A DNA stretch of 64,000 bases. It comes from Octopus vulgaris. Taxonomy: Eukaryota. The stretch covers positions 124,124,001 through 124,188,000 of the forward strand of contig OX597816.1 of the NCBI GenBank assembly GCA_951406725.2, given 5' to 3'. The translations under genes were made by a program, and so were the position numbers. This document shows positions 37,690 through 51,975 of the stretch, in pieces; within the stretch, counting starts at the first letter, position 1, and every line of letters begins with the position of its first letter. The notes beneath the pieces were generated by a model. The model did not search any database. It was not told where the DNA came from and saw nothing but the letters and a program-made list of their open reading frames with translations.

Positions 37690-39293
37690 ACATGTAGTTA
37701 ATGTGAAGGATGAATTTGGTGCTTGGTCAAGAGTTCTTCAATACTGAGCTTCATGGCGGTAAAGCATATTCTGCACAATAACCAAGCGATTTCTTGATTT
37801 GTTGAGAATCTGGGACACAACACTGAAACCTCTTTCAAATAAATACGAGGTTGAGAAGGTAATAAAAACAACTTTGCCTTTTCCCACAATGCAAGAAATA
37901 TTTCTAGAATAGTGTACTGCAGCAAAAATTCTTGGTAAGCATGCTATTTAAAAAAAGTTTCAATTATAAATCATTTCGCAAGCCAATAGGTTCTCTCTCA
38001 ATGGACCTGTCCATGTCGATATCTGTGATCTGAAAAGGGTTTAAGATCCAAAGTGGGATTTCCAGATCTGACAAATCCTAAAAATGCAGTTTCATGTCAG
38101 CTTCGAAGCTCTTGAGATGTTCTGTGAAAAGAGAAGCATGTTATCAGATGAGCATTCTCCCAGTTCTCTAAGGCTTGGAAATTAACTGAAGACTTTGCAT
38201 CCAATCAAGACTATTGAAAATAGTCAAGACTATTGAAAAGGTTGCAAGAAACAACGAAAATTTTAATAAAATAAAAATTAAAGAAAGTGGAAATTTTACC
38301 GGTGAGTGTGTTACATTATAAGGCACAAAAAGAAAATGACTCTCCCCGGACACAACAGAATTTGCATCCAATATTTCGCTGGTAAAAGGGCAGTTTCAGG
38401 GTGAAACCAGAGACATTCTTTGTCATTTTCAGAACACAACTGTTTGAAAAGTCACGAATTCAATGGGTGAGCTTTGATTTTGTTTACATACAGAAGTGGC
38501 TGTGTGGTAAGTAGCTTGCTTACCAACTACATGGTCCCAGGTTCAGTCCCACTGCATGGCACCTTGGGCAAGTGTCTTCTAGTATAGCCTCGGGCCCACC
38601 AAAGCCTTGTAAGTGGATTTGGTAGATGGAAACTGGAAGAAACCCATCGTATATGTATATGTATGTGTGTACATATGTTTGTGTGTCTGTGTTAGTCCCC
38701 CCAACATTGCTTGACAACTGATGCTGATGTGTTTACATCCCCATAACTTAGCGGTTCAGCAAAAAGAGACCAATAGAATAATTACTAGGCTTACAAAGAA
38801 TAAGCTCTGGGGTCGATTTGTTTGACTAAAGATGGTACTACAGCATGGCCACAGTCAAATGACTGAAACAAGTAAAAGTGTAAAAGAGTAAAGAGTTGTA
38901 ATCAGAGAAGCATTTAGATGTGGAGTGATCAAAGTTTCCCTAGTCGTATGGATTTTTGCCTGCCTTGGCAATAAGGAAAGCAATATTGTAAGAAGCGTGT
39001 AGGCCATCATCATTGTTATGTGCTGCCGTGGTAAACATGTCATGTAAAGTTTTGTTCTTGCCCTGTTTGTCATGCAAGTCTTTGAAATAGCTCACATTTT
39101 TATCAGCTTTATTGAGATGTAACTTCTTGAAATGTTCGCTCAGTCTTGAAAGCTTCATGGCTTCATTTGAGAATGTCTTCTCACATATCAGGCAAAATGA
39201 CAATTACTCACTGTGAGGTGATGGAATAAAGCTGTATTTCAAATATTCACCATTATATTGCTGGAATTTCTTCTTTGCTCCTGCATCTGCCAT
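37690..39293 (-). pseudogene. hAT (Buster/ZBED-like) transposase remnant, internally deleted and interrupted
   Basis: N-terminus MADAGAKKKFQQYNGEYLKYSF...FCLICEKTFSNEAMKLSRLSEHFKKLH (BED finger)...ASYNIAFLIAKAGK; C-terminal ALWEKAKLFLL and LLTKHQIHPSH; stops and frameshifts. Confidence 0.8.
38495..38894 (+). mobile_element. SINE family A, full length, nested in the hAT remnant
   Basis: GTGGCTGTGTGGTAAGTAGCTTGC...GGTTCAGTCCCACTG...AAACAAGTAAAAGTGTAAAAGAGTAAAGAG. Confidence 0.9.
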
Positions 39294-39924
39294 TGTTGAA
39301 GCCTACATAAAATAGAGAAGCTATTAAAGAAAGTGTAAAGAAGTGAAAGAGAATAAGAAAGAGACTGTACTAGTTTAGTGAAACTGGAGAGACTGGAAAA
39401 AGTACTGTTGTAAGAGGGAAAATGAGATATGGCTCACCTACCTTTTTGTGGTGATGACTGTCCAGCTGTACTTAATCAAGACTTGCAGCCTACCTGTTGC
39501 ACCTAAATTGGCAACTGCTGCAGCCAGCTTCCACTAGCTTGCTCACACATGTCTGTCCATGGTAACAGCTCAAGCTGAAAAAAGGACAACCCTGGTCAAT
39601 GCTTCCTACACCTCATGTTGAATGAAATGTGGGAATAGTTGAATGAGTGGTCAGCATTCTAGTGAGTGAGCAAATTAATCAGAAAGCATAACAGGAGACT
39701 GAGTCATAGTAATTTCAACAATTATTAACATTTTATTACAAATGTGTTCAAGGCAGAAGATTGAATTGATGTTTAAAACAGTGATGCAAAATGGAGTTTT
39801 CAGGTGTCCATTCATGACGTGTATGAGTGCATATAATATTCATGGTTTGGAAGGTACAAAGGAGGGTGTCTTCAAAAATACATGTAAAGACTTATTGACA
39901 TTTTTATGATTGTTCCATAAAAGC

Positions 39925-41125
39925 CAGCATCGGCGAAATGTTAAGACTGATGAAATACCACTGCCTGGTATGCTAATGATTCTGCCAGCTTGCCATCTTA
40001 GTTTCATAATGATAATAATAGTTTCTTATTCAGGGACAAGGCCAACAATTCTGAGAAGACAGGGTTCATTGTTTCTATCAATGGCAGTACTTAATTGATA
40101 CTTTATTTTATCAACCCTGAAATGAAAAAAAAAAAAGAAAAAATTAAATGTGAACTTGGTCTCAGCAGGATTTGAACTTGGAATGTAAAGAGCCATAACA
40201 TATTTTATATTTCCTACATTTTACAAACATTTTTGACTACATATTTATTTTTTATTTTTTGACCTCCTACCAACTTGTCCAAATCAGCCAAGCTGTCAAA
40301 GGGCTTAATCTGATTTTTTATGCAATTTCTGAAAAAAATTCTTTGTAATCTTTACTTATTGTAATCGATAAAAAAATATTCGATATAAATTGGATTAATA
40401 AATTTATTTATTTATCATTTATTTATATTCTACAAGGCATTTTCTCCAATATTCTAAGTTTTCTGCCAGTTTGCAACCATTTATCAAACAATGGTTTCTA
40501 ATTTAAACACAAAGCCAGCAATTTTTACAGTAGGTGGGGTTAATCAATACCATCATATTCACTGGTGTTTTATTGACCTCAAAGGGATGAAAGGCACAGT
40601 TTACTCCAATAGGATTTGAACTCAGGATTTCTCTGATGCTTTCATGAGTCATCCAACTTGCTGAATTTTGCATATTAATGTTAATAATAATAGTTTCGTA
40701 TTTTGGAACAAGGCCTGTAGTTTTTGAGTTGGTGGGAGGATCCAGCACACAATTAGTACTTATTTTATTAATCTGGAAAGATTAAAGCCAAAGTTGACTT
40801 TGGTGGGATTTGAGCTCACAACATAAAAGACAGACGAAATGTCACAAAGCTCTTTGCTGGCATGGTAGTGCTTCTGCTAGCTTGCTGCCTTGAATAATCC
40901 TGATAATGCTAATCCTCTCAACTGTAGGCACAAGGTGTGAAATTTGGGCAGGGGGGACTAGTTAATTACTTCAACTCCAGGGTTCAACTGGCATTTATTT
41001 CATCGACCCCAAAAGGATGAAAGGCATATTGGACTTCAACAAAATTTGAACTCAGAACATAAAGACAAATGAAATGTCACTAAGCATTTTGTCCAGCATT
41101 CTAACAATTTTGCCAGCTCCCCACC

Positions 41126-41178
<53 letters not shown>

Positions 41179-43115
41179 GATAATATTAATCCTTTCTACT
41201 GGAAGCACAAGGCCTCAAATTTTGGGGAAGGAATAAGTCGATTACATTGACCCCAGTGTGTAACTGGTACTTAATTTATTGACCCCGAAAGGATGAAAGG
41301 CAAAGTTAACTCTGGTGGCATTTGAACTCAGAACATGAAGACAGACGAAATACCGCTAAGCATTTCACCCGGTGTGCTAACAATTCTGCCACCTCGCCAC
41401 CCTAATAATAATGATGACAATAATAATAATAACCCTTTCTACTATTATAAGCACAAAGCCTAAAATTTGGCGGGAGGGGGCTAGTCAATTACATCACCCC
41501 AGTACTCAACTGGTACTTATTTAATCGACTCTGAAAGGATAAAAGGCAAAGTTGATCTCAGCAAAATTTGAACTCAGAATGCAAAGACAGGTAAAATGCT
41601 GCTAAGCATTTTGTTCAGGTTTGAAATGATTTGCAAAGGGACATAACTAAGAACTTACTAACTTTTGACAGTCAAATCTTTTAATAATAATAACGAGCAA
41701 AACGCCCCTCGTCCAATGGACGGTGCTGAGTTGTCAAACATTTAAACCAAATTTTCTCAAAACAACTTGTCCGACTGTCCCATAGGCCTCCCCTTTGAGA
41801 AACACTGATTTAACCTAAATTTGAGACACCAGCAAAAGACGGATTTCGACTGATGTACTTGCACACACAAATGCACTTTCCCACAGCTTTATCGATTGCA
41901 TTCTCACCTGGAATCGATTTTTGTAATTTTTTCAAGACTTATACATGCCCTGATGCCGTCAGTATCTACATATCAAATTTGAGTGCAATCAGATGGAGGA
42001 TGCCCAAGATCCTAGAAGACACACACACAGACAGAACAGATTTTGTATAGTAGATAATTTTTTCTACTGGCACAAGGCCTCAAATTTGTTGGGTGGGGAC
42101 TAGTTGACTATATCAACCCCAGTGTTTCACTGGTACTTAATTTATTGACTCCCAAAAGGATGAAAGGCAAAGTCGACCTTGGCAGAATTTGAACTCAGAA
42201 TGCTGCAACAGGCGAAATACCACTAAGCATTTCATCCAGTGCATTAATGATTCTGCCAGCTCACTGCCTTTCTAATAAAAAAAACAAAAAATAATAATTA
42301 TAATAATAATTGTTTCTAAGGTGGCAAGCTGACAGAATTGTTTGCATACTGGGTAAAATGATTAGCAGCATTTATCTATCTTTATGCTCTGAGTTCAAAT
42401 TCAACTGAGGTCAACTTTGCTGTTCATCCTTTTGGGGACCAATAAAATAAGTACCAGTTGAGCACAGGGGTTGATATAATCAGCTTTTTATTATCAGTTT
42501 CAAATTTTGGCACAAGGCCAGCAATTTTGGAGGCTGGGGTAGGTTGATTACGTTGACCCCAGTGCTGAACTGGTACTTATTTTATTGATGAAATGCTGCC
42601 AAGCATTTTGTCCATCATGCTAATAATTCTGCCGGCTTGCGAACTTAATCTCCCTTTTAATAATAATGGCAATTCTTTTTAATTTAGACACAAAACCATC
42701 AGTTTTGAGGTAGGTGGGTGGTGTTAGTCAATATCATCAATCTCAATATTTGACTGGTTATTTATCTTATCAAACCTGGAGGGATTAAGAGCAAAGCTGA
42801 CCTTGGCAGGATTTGAACTCAAATTGTAAAGAGCCAAAATAAACATTACTCATGATGCTTTTCAATGCTCTAACAATTCTGTCAATCTTCTACTCGTGTA
42901 ATAGTTACTTGCCTCATGAGCACAAGGGCAGAAATTTTGATGGAAAGGATCAAATGATTACATCAACCCAAATATCCAGCTGGTATTTTATTTTATTGAT
43001 GCCAAATGTAAGATGTATGAAAGATAATGACAATGCCAGTGGGATTTGAATTCAGAAGATAAAAGAGTTATATCCAAACACTGCAAGGCATTTTGTCTAA
43101 TGATTCTGCAAAATC
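39925..43115 (-). mobile_element. Array of about 12 full or partial SINE family B copies separated by (AAT)n
   Basis: Repeated GGCACAAGGCC...AAAGGATGAAAGGCAAAGT...TTTGAACTCAGAA...CTGCCAGCT units; all minus strand except 42318-42480. Confidence 0.85.
41694..42054 (-). mobile_element. Short non-autonomous Helitron
   Basis: Terminal CGAG (variant of CTAG), palindrome CGTCCA-A-TGGACG at 41710-41722, other end ACACACAGACAG...TATAGTAGA|T. Confidence 0.5.
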
Positions 43116-43119
43116 CATT

Positions 43120-43760
<641 letters not shown>

Positions 43761-43999
43761 CAACGAGAGAAACAAGCAGTTGTGGCTTAATTATCACAGT
43801 CTCTTTACCAATCATGCCAACCTGAATGTGATTTGAACAATAAAGCATTCACTTTTCATTTTCTCTGCTACCCCTTTACAGCATTTTATTGAAAAACTTT
43901 GCTTTTTCCTCTTCATACAAATATCCCTTTAGTGCTATCACAAATATAATATGGCTTTGATCCTTTTGTTTCATCTATGCACTATTTTTATGTCATGAG

Positions 44000-44040
44000 T
44001 ATGTAATATATACATACATATGCATATATATATGTATATA

Positions 44041-44087
<47 letters not shown>

Positions 44088-44100
44088 AATCTCTGAGCGC

Positions 44101-44131
<31 letters not shown>

Positions 44132-44153
44132 AATCTCTGAGCGCTATATATAA

Positions 44154-44232
<79 letters not shown>

Positions 44233-44681
44233 CATACATACACACACATATACATATACATATATATATATATATATGCATATATATATATACATATTTA
44301 CATATATATATAATATGGATGTATATGGGCAATATGTAAATATATTAACAGATATAAGCATGTACCCTGGTATCTGTATATGTATCGATATGTATATTTA
44401 TATTTAGCACATATGTGCATTCATATACACATATATAAACATATACTTAATTATATATATATGTGTGTTTGTGTATATATATATCTATATATACATGCAT
44501 ACCTATATATATGCTCACATGTTTCACATGCACACACACATACACACACATGCACATATACATAAAACTATATAAAACAGACATGTACACACATAGGTAA
44601 ATATCTTCCTACCTGTTTGCATATATATGTATATGTGTGTGTGTGTGTGAGTTTATATATGTATATATGTATGTATGAATG

Positions 44682-44720
<39 letters not shown>

Positions 44721-45140
44721 ATTTATCCATCTATCTATTGATTAATCTATCAGTTTTCTATCAACCACTTTCTTTCTTTTTTCTTTCTCTCTTTCTCTCT
44801 CTCTATATATATATACACAAGAGCACACACACAGAGGCAAACATACACACAGACACACAAACATATATGGAGAAAATGTGTCAGATTTATATACACCTGT
44901 ATGCATGTTGGCTTGTATTTATATATGTGTTTATATGCAGTTATGTGTGTGTGTAACATGTATGTGTATATGGAGGTATAGGCTAGTGTAATTTTTACAC
45001 GTCTAATTTTTTTCCTGTCACTTTTATCTTTTTCTCCTACACACACTGGCATGCACAACACACGCACACCCATTCACACACACACGCATACACTACACAC
45101 GCACACTCACTCATACACACACAAACACACACACACAACC
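44000..45140. repeat. Compound (TA)n/(CA)n/(TG)n microsatellite field
   Basis: Direct inspection. Confidence 0.9.
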
Positions 45141-46006
45141 TATAAAAATGACACAGCTTATAATTTCCGAAATATACATAACAGAAAGGAAAATTTTTTA
45201 AAAAGATGAAGGGAAGAAAAAAACCTATGTAGAAAAGAAAAATCATCAAAAAAAAAAGAAAAACAAAACCTAATACTTATGATGATAAAAAAAAATTAAA
45301 AATGTAGAAAAAAATTCATAACCCATTCTTTGATCTTGGCTTACTTCTGTACAGAAGAATGTCCCTGCAGTAGAATATGATAACAAGGTTGAATCAATGC
45401 TAACAGGAGGTTACACTAATTTATAATATAGAAAAATAACACACATTTCACAGCAACGTAACCTTTGATCCATCAAGTCCTTGTTAGCAAAAATTCCCTG
45501 GTTTCTCTAAGCAAACAATTATATATATATATATATATAGAAAAAAAGATATATATATAAGCACGACATGCCTAGGGTAATACAATTCTGTTTAGGTGGT
45601 TAGTATGAAGTATCAGATAGGAATGATAATATTTTATAAGTGATGAGAATAAATGCATATTCAATAATCTGTTTACAGAACTTATGCATACACAGAAAAT
45701 TGCACACATGTGTATACATTAAACCACAATATAGTGACCAACATGCTTAGCGTAGGTTTGACTTTTACTATTCAATCAGTGTCTGGCTTGCTGTCCTAAG
45801 ATTTGGTTCCTAACACATCTGTTTTCGTTTTCAAAGACAGAAGGGAATTTTCAGAAGAAAGGAGAAAAAATTTGTCTGCTACATTAAGCAGGTGAAGAAA
45901 CTTCATAAGACCTCCTTTGATCATTTAACATGACATACATAAATTTCCTGTTTTCTTTTAAATTGTATATAGGTAGTCTCACAATGTGATATATATTTTG
46001 AACTTA

Positions 46007-46055
<49 letters not shown>

Positions 46056-46276
46056 ATGTATAGACGCATGCGTAATGGTTTCATAACAAAGATAATATAA
46101 ACTATATATGTATATCCATATATACAAGTAAGGCTATAACATAATACTTGCAAGTGTGTTTGCATTTGCCATTTGTATGTGTATACGTGTATAGCTCTCT
46201 CTTTTTCTTTCATTCTCTAGGTATACATACATACATATATACATATACATACACACACACACACATATAGGTAAAG

Positions 46277-46400
46277 GAGTGGCTGTGTGGTAAGTAGCTT
46301 GCTTACCAACCACATAGTTCTGGGTTCAGTCCCACTGCATGACCAAAGCCTTGAGAGTGGATTTGGTAGACGGAAACTGAAAGAAGCCCATCATATATAA
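46277..46400 (+). mobile_element. SINE family A 5' part
   Basis: GAGTGGCTGTGTGGTAAGTAGCTTGCTTACCAACC...GGATTTGGTAGACGGAAACTGAAAGAAGCCC. Confidence 0.8.
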
Positions 46401-46581
46401 ACATATATATATATATATATATTATATGTGTGTGTGTGTGTGTATATCTTTGTGTATATGTGCGTATGTGTGTGTATATAAAAAGATATACATATGCGTA
46501 TGTGTGTGTATATAAAAAGATATACATATAGACATACATATATGCACTCATAGATAATACACAAAATACACAGACATGCAT

Positions 46582-46616
<35 letters not shown>

Positions 46617-46912
46617 CACATGTACGTGTATGTATAAATATCAAAGGTGAGAGAAAGTTATAAAAGAAAAATATTTTGCTGCATAGTGGGTGTAGTTGTA
46701 GTTGCGAGAAGAAGAAAATGTGGAAAGAAAAAGCATGCTCCAATATAAGCAAAAAGCACCCTAATGTTCCTTGCTGGATGCCAGTGAAAGGAACGATAAA
46801 TCAGTAGTTGCTGAAGTGATTGTCATCTCCACTCAATTACTCATTAACGTAATGCCTCTCAGTGAGTGTAAGATGTGCACAATATGCGTTTGTGTGAGCG
46901 TGTGTGTGTGTA

Positions 46913-46966
<54 letters not shown>

Positions 46967-47089
46967 TACACATGCATATACACACTCACCATATATATAC
47001 ATAAATATCATCATCATCATCATCGTTTAGCGTCCGTTTTCCATGCTAGCATGGGTTGGACTATATATATATATATATATAATTTAGGC

Positions 47090-47165
47090 GACTCGCTGAC
47101 GAAGCTAGCCTTAGCAAACATATTCTGTGTTTTGCTAGAAAGAAGCAGAAACCGCGGTTCGAGTT
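47090..47165 (+). ncRNA. Type I minimal hammerhead ribozyme with intact catalytic core
   Basis: Stem I GACTCG/CGAGTT; core CTGACGA (47096-47102) and GAAA (47148-47151); palindromic stem III ACCGCGGT; GUU cleavage triplet 47157-47159; extended stem II hairpin. Confidence 0.75.
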
Positions 47166-47201
47166 AAAGTTATCGGTATATATATATATATATATATTTA
47201 T

Positions 47202-47239
<38 letters not shown>

Positions 47240-47283
47240 GCATATACATATATATGAATATATAAATAAACATACATGTATTT

Positions 47284-47327
<44 letters not shown>

Positions 47328-47843
47328 ATAGACATATATGCACATATATGTATTTATATATACATATACAGGCATGTATAGTATATATATCTTTAATCTT
47401 GCTGATGCAGATGCAGATTTCCACCAGTTTACTTGGGTTTTCTTTTTTATCCCTCATATAGATATGTGTGTATGTGTGTGTGCCTGTGTGTGTTATGTAT
47501 GCATATATGATAAAACAGACTCGAGAGAGTATGTGTCTGTGTATATCTATAGGTGTGTATGTATGTACTTTTTGGAGTTATTTAGAATTATTTCCTTGCA
47601 GAATTTAAACCAGTCATTAACAAAAGAGCAGAGCATGGCTCATTTATTAAATCAAGATTGCACTTAGGGTTTGTGGTTACCTGAATTTGCACTTATATGC
47701 ATGTATGTTTGTGTACATATTGAGTATTTTTGTGTGTATGTCGATAAACCTGCACTCATGATTGTATATATCACAAGAAAACACAATTATGTATGCTTTA
47801 TTACTGTTTGTGTGTGAGTGTGTGAATGTGTGTAAGTGTGTAT

Positions 47844-47904
<61 letters not shown>

Positions 47905-48665
47905 TTGAAACACTCCTGTCACAACCCGAGACCTTGAAGACCTTGAAGAAAGTATACTAGTCCCTTAATATTTTATATTTTATATTCAATATTTCATCTA
48001 TTCAATAAGACAATCAATGGTTCATTTCATTTTACTATATACATATTATTTATACTATATATTCTATATTCTACATTAATATTATAAAGAATATAAATAA
48101 AGCATAAAAATACAGAGTTGGAATTTCTTTGAATAATATATATCCCTTTATATATATATATGTGTGTGTGTGTGTATTATGTATCTGTGATTGTGTGCAT
48201 ATTTTCACCCAGGCACCTCATATTGAGAATCCCTGAAACATTTCACAAATTTTATGTTTCCCAGTTTGATTGTATCCAAAAGTACAAATCAGACGGTTCT
48301 GTTCTAGTTTTTTTGGAGAACCCAAGCATTCCTAAGTTTCTGTGATACTTGGAATTGCAAAAATGTTGTAGAAAATTGATTGCATCCATTTTGTTTGCAG
48401 GGTCTGATTTGTTTTTAATTTTCTTCACTGATTTAGTTTTGCATGCTAATTATCAAAATCATGTTATCTTTTTAAAAAAACAATTTGATAATAAAGAAGT
48501 TTGAAACCCTTAGTGTTTGATATTTTGGCTAATTTTACCCTGTCAGACACCTCTGTTATTGACATACCAGAAATTGCACTTGTAATGATATTCTTGTTTC
48601 AAATGAGTCTTTCACAACAGCAGTTCTCCGTTCCTCTATTTCTAGGTCAATGAAGTAACTACTAA

Positions 48666-48919
48666 GTGGAGGCATGTGGTTTAGTGGTTAGGGTGTCAGC
48701 ATCATGATCATAAGGTTGTGGTTTCAATTCCTCGACCGGGCGACACGTTGTGTTCTTGAGCAAAACACTTCATTTCACATGGCTCTGGTTCACTCAGCTG
48801 GCAAAAATGAGTAACGCTGCAATGGAGTGGTGTCCCATCCAGCTGGAAAACACATACGCCATGGAAACCAGGAAAGTAGGCCCATGAGCCTGGCTAAGCT
48901 TTAAAAGGGCGCAAAAAAA
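48666..48919 (+). mobile_element. tRNA-derived SINE with poly(A) end and TSD
   Basis: TGGTTTAGTGG A box, GTTTCAATTCC B box, A-rich end, TSD AAGTAACTAC (48653-48662 / 48920-48929). Confidence 0.85.
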
Positions 48920-49430
48920 AAGTAACTACCAAACACTGTTTTGTAAAAGAACTTAGCATGAACCTGGCATAACTGTTAATTATAACAACTATGGTCATGA
49001 AATATGGGTGGAGGACCTACTTTGCTGCTCAGTAAAAATAGATAATCATGGAACAATTGTTGGAATTGAAGAAATGATGTCCTCAAATCAAGTATAATTG
49101 TAGAGAGCAGCCAAATGTTTTGGACAAGTTTTGTATATGCCACACCTTGTCAGAACATATGTATTTAACTAAATTTTTCTCCTAGCTAAAAATATTCTTG
49201 GATTAAAGTTCCACACATAAATAACTACAAACTTCTGCATGAGCACATTGATTATGTTTTATTGGTAAGTACACAATAGAGTTTTCATAATACTCTTCCA
49301 AGTATTCTCAGTTCCTTGTCACATACTGTCTGTGTATGGTGTTACAATGTTAAGGTGATTTAACATAGATATTTTCTACTTAAAATTCACTCTGGACACA
49401 ATTCACTTCCCTCCAGTCTGCTGATGACAG

Positions 49431-49665
49431 AAGGCGGCAAGCTGGCAGAAACGTTAGCATGCCGGGCGAAATGTGTAGCAGTATTTCGTCTGCTGTTATG
49501 TTCTGAGTTCAAATTCCACTGAGGTTGACTTTGCTTTTTATCCTTTCGAGGTTGATAAATTAAGTACCAGTTACACACTGGGTTTGATATAATCGACTTA
49601 ATCCCTTTGTCTGTCTTTGTTTGTCCCCTCTATGTTTAGCCCCTTATGGACAATAAAGAAATAAG
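49431..49665 (+). mobile_element. SINE family B
   Basis: AAGGCGGCAAGCTGGCAGAAACGTTAGCATGCCGGGCGAAATG...TGTTTGTCCCCTCTATGTTTAGCCCC...AATAAAGAAATAAGAA. Confidence 0.85.
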
Positions 49666-50051
49666 AAGCAGTATATTCTTTGTGAATAAGATTGGCTTTT
49701 GCTGGTTTATGTATGACAGGTATGGGGAATCTTTTCTGAGATGTGGACTGCAATAGCTATGGCTCATCATCAAGCAGACCACAGAACTAAAAAAAATTCA
49801 TCATAATTTTTCATTAGGGATGCCATTCAGAAAACCGCACAAACCACAGTTTACTCATGACTGCTCTGCTCTACAAGATGAACATGAAACTTGACATTTG
49901 TTAATGTTATAGGTAAACCCATTGTAGTCACTCCATTTCGTTAGTTTATTATAATGTTAGAATTGGCTGATTTAGTCCAGTCTATGTAATATGGTGCAGG
50001 AGTTGTAATGGAACTGGTGGAGATTTATGGGGCATTTTGATTTTATTAACA

Positions 50052-50436
50052 TAGGTGTAGGAGTGGCTGTGTGGTAAGTAGCTTGCTTACCAACCACATG
50101 GTCACGGGTTCAGTCCCACTGCGTGGCGCCTTGGGCAAGTGTCTTTTATTATAGCTTCGGGCCGACCAAAGCCTTGTGAGTGGATGGAAACTGAAAGAAG
50201 CCTGTCGTATATATGTATACATATATGTGCATGTGTGGGTGTCTGTGTTTGTCTCCCCAACATCGTTTGACAACTGATGCTGGTGTGTTTACGTCCCCAT
50301 AACTTAGCGGTTCAGCAAAAAAGTCCGATAGAATAAGTACTAGGCTTAAAAAGAATAAATCCTGGGGTTGATTTTCTCAACTAAAGACGGTGCTCCAGCA
50401 TGGCCACAGTCAAATGACTGAAACAAGTAAAAGAGT
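50052..50436 (+). mobile_element. SINE family A, full length
   Basis: Closely similar to 38495-38894. Confidence 0.9.
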
Positions 50437-51389
50437 ATATATATCACTTGAAATATTTACAGAATCAGAAACAGTTAGGCTTTATAGAGGCTTGCAGTTT
50501 TTTTGGCAGTATCCTCATTGTCACTGTCAACAAAGCTGTTCATGGTAATAGGTGTGTTGCTTATAGAAATATCACTTTTATTATTATCATTTCCTTCTTT
50601 ATCAGAAAGCTACAGGACTGAATGCTTTTTGTTTTAAAGCACTTAGTGCCTGTTGTGATTTTCTGATACTATTATAAAAGACACAATCTTATTGACATAA
50701 ACAGTCTTAATGTGTTCTTCTTTGTAATCAGTATCTGTTTGCTTGCCATATTCTGATGCATTGTTGATAAAACTGTTAGCATATTTTTACATAATGAGAT
50801 TTAGTGTTCATAATTTGAATTTGGATTCATTTAGCAATAACAGAATATGCATTGTGAAATGTGACCCATATAGTGCTTTTTGACATTATTATAAATAGAC
50901 TTGAGTAAGTGAGATTGGCTCACATTACAGAAATTTGCACATTATTACACCAAAATTCAATATTGAAAGAGTGAAAGCTCTGGGATTTTTTTATAATGTA
51001 AAAAAAAAATGGATGGAAGGCACTGCATGAATTTTATTTTAGTTAGTGAGTGATTGTGTGGATCAGATCCTCATCATATTCTCTTCTGATAGCTTAGTCT
51101 CACAGCAGAAGGGTATTGCAACAATGGGAGGTGATTTAAGCATTCCCTTCATCTGTCAATATTTGGAAAACTGCCAAGATAAGCTATGATTATTATCTCA
51201 TATCCAAGTTTTATTCTGTGATGAAGTTGGTACTGTGTCGGAAGAAAAAGCTTTTGCAACAAATGACTTTTCCCCTGGAGTGGGAGAAGCAGTAAACAGA
51301 GAGAGGCCTTGTATACTACATCACCTGCTGAAAGATATTAGCTCACCAGTGCACTTAAGCCTTTTTTTAATGAATGTAAACAGAATCTC

Positions 51390-51545
51390 AAAGTGGTTGG
51401 CATTAGGAGGGGCATCCAGCCATAGAAAACCATGCCAAATCAGACTGCAGTCTGGTGCAGCCTTCCTGCGAGCTAGCCTGGTCAAACTGTCCAACCCATG
51501 GCAGCATGGACAATGGACGTTAAATAATGATGACGATGATGATGT
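51390..51545 (+). mobile_element. RTE-type 3' tail fragment
   Basis: AAGTGGTTGGCATTAGGAGGGGCATCCAGCC...TCCAACCCATGGCAGCATGG...(GAT)n. Confidence 0.7.
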
Positions 51546-51689
51546 ATTAACTAAAAAAAATTTGGTTGACCTAGGTTGTAGAAGACACTTGGTCAAGGTA
51601 CCACACAGTGGGACTTAACCTAGTATCCTGTGGCTGATTAGCAAACTTCTAATTACACAGCCATGCTTGCAATTATATTTAAATAAATT

Positions 51690-51930
51690 CTTTTGTTCTT
51701 TTACATGTTTTAGTCATCTGCCTACGGCCATGCTGGAGCATTACTTTGAAGGGTTTTATTTGAACAAATTGATTACAGGACTTATTCTTTGTAAGCCTAG
51801 TACTTATTCTATCATTCATTTTTACTGAACTCCTAAGTTATGGGGACATAAACACACCAACATCAGTTGTCAAGTGGCTTGTCAAGTGGTGATGGGGTGA
51901 CAAACACAGACTCCAAGACAGACACACATA

Positions 51931-51975
<45 letters not shown>

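Noticed and set aside
39925-43115. CRISPR-like or satellite array
   Set aside because: Units are about 200-bp diverged SINEs with no short identical repeats or unique spacers, in a eukaryotic context
44084-44145. Duplicated TAATAAATCTCTGAGCGCTA in a TA tract
   Set aside because: Simple slippage duplication or assembly artefact with no further structure
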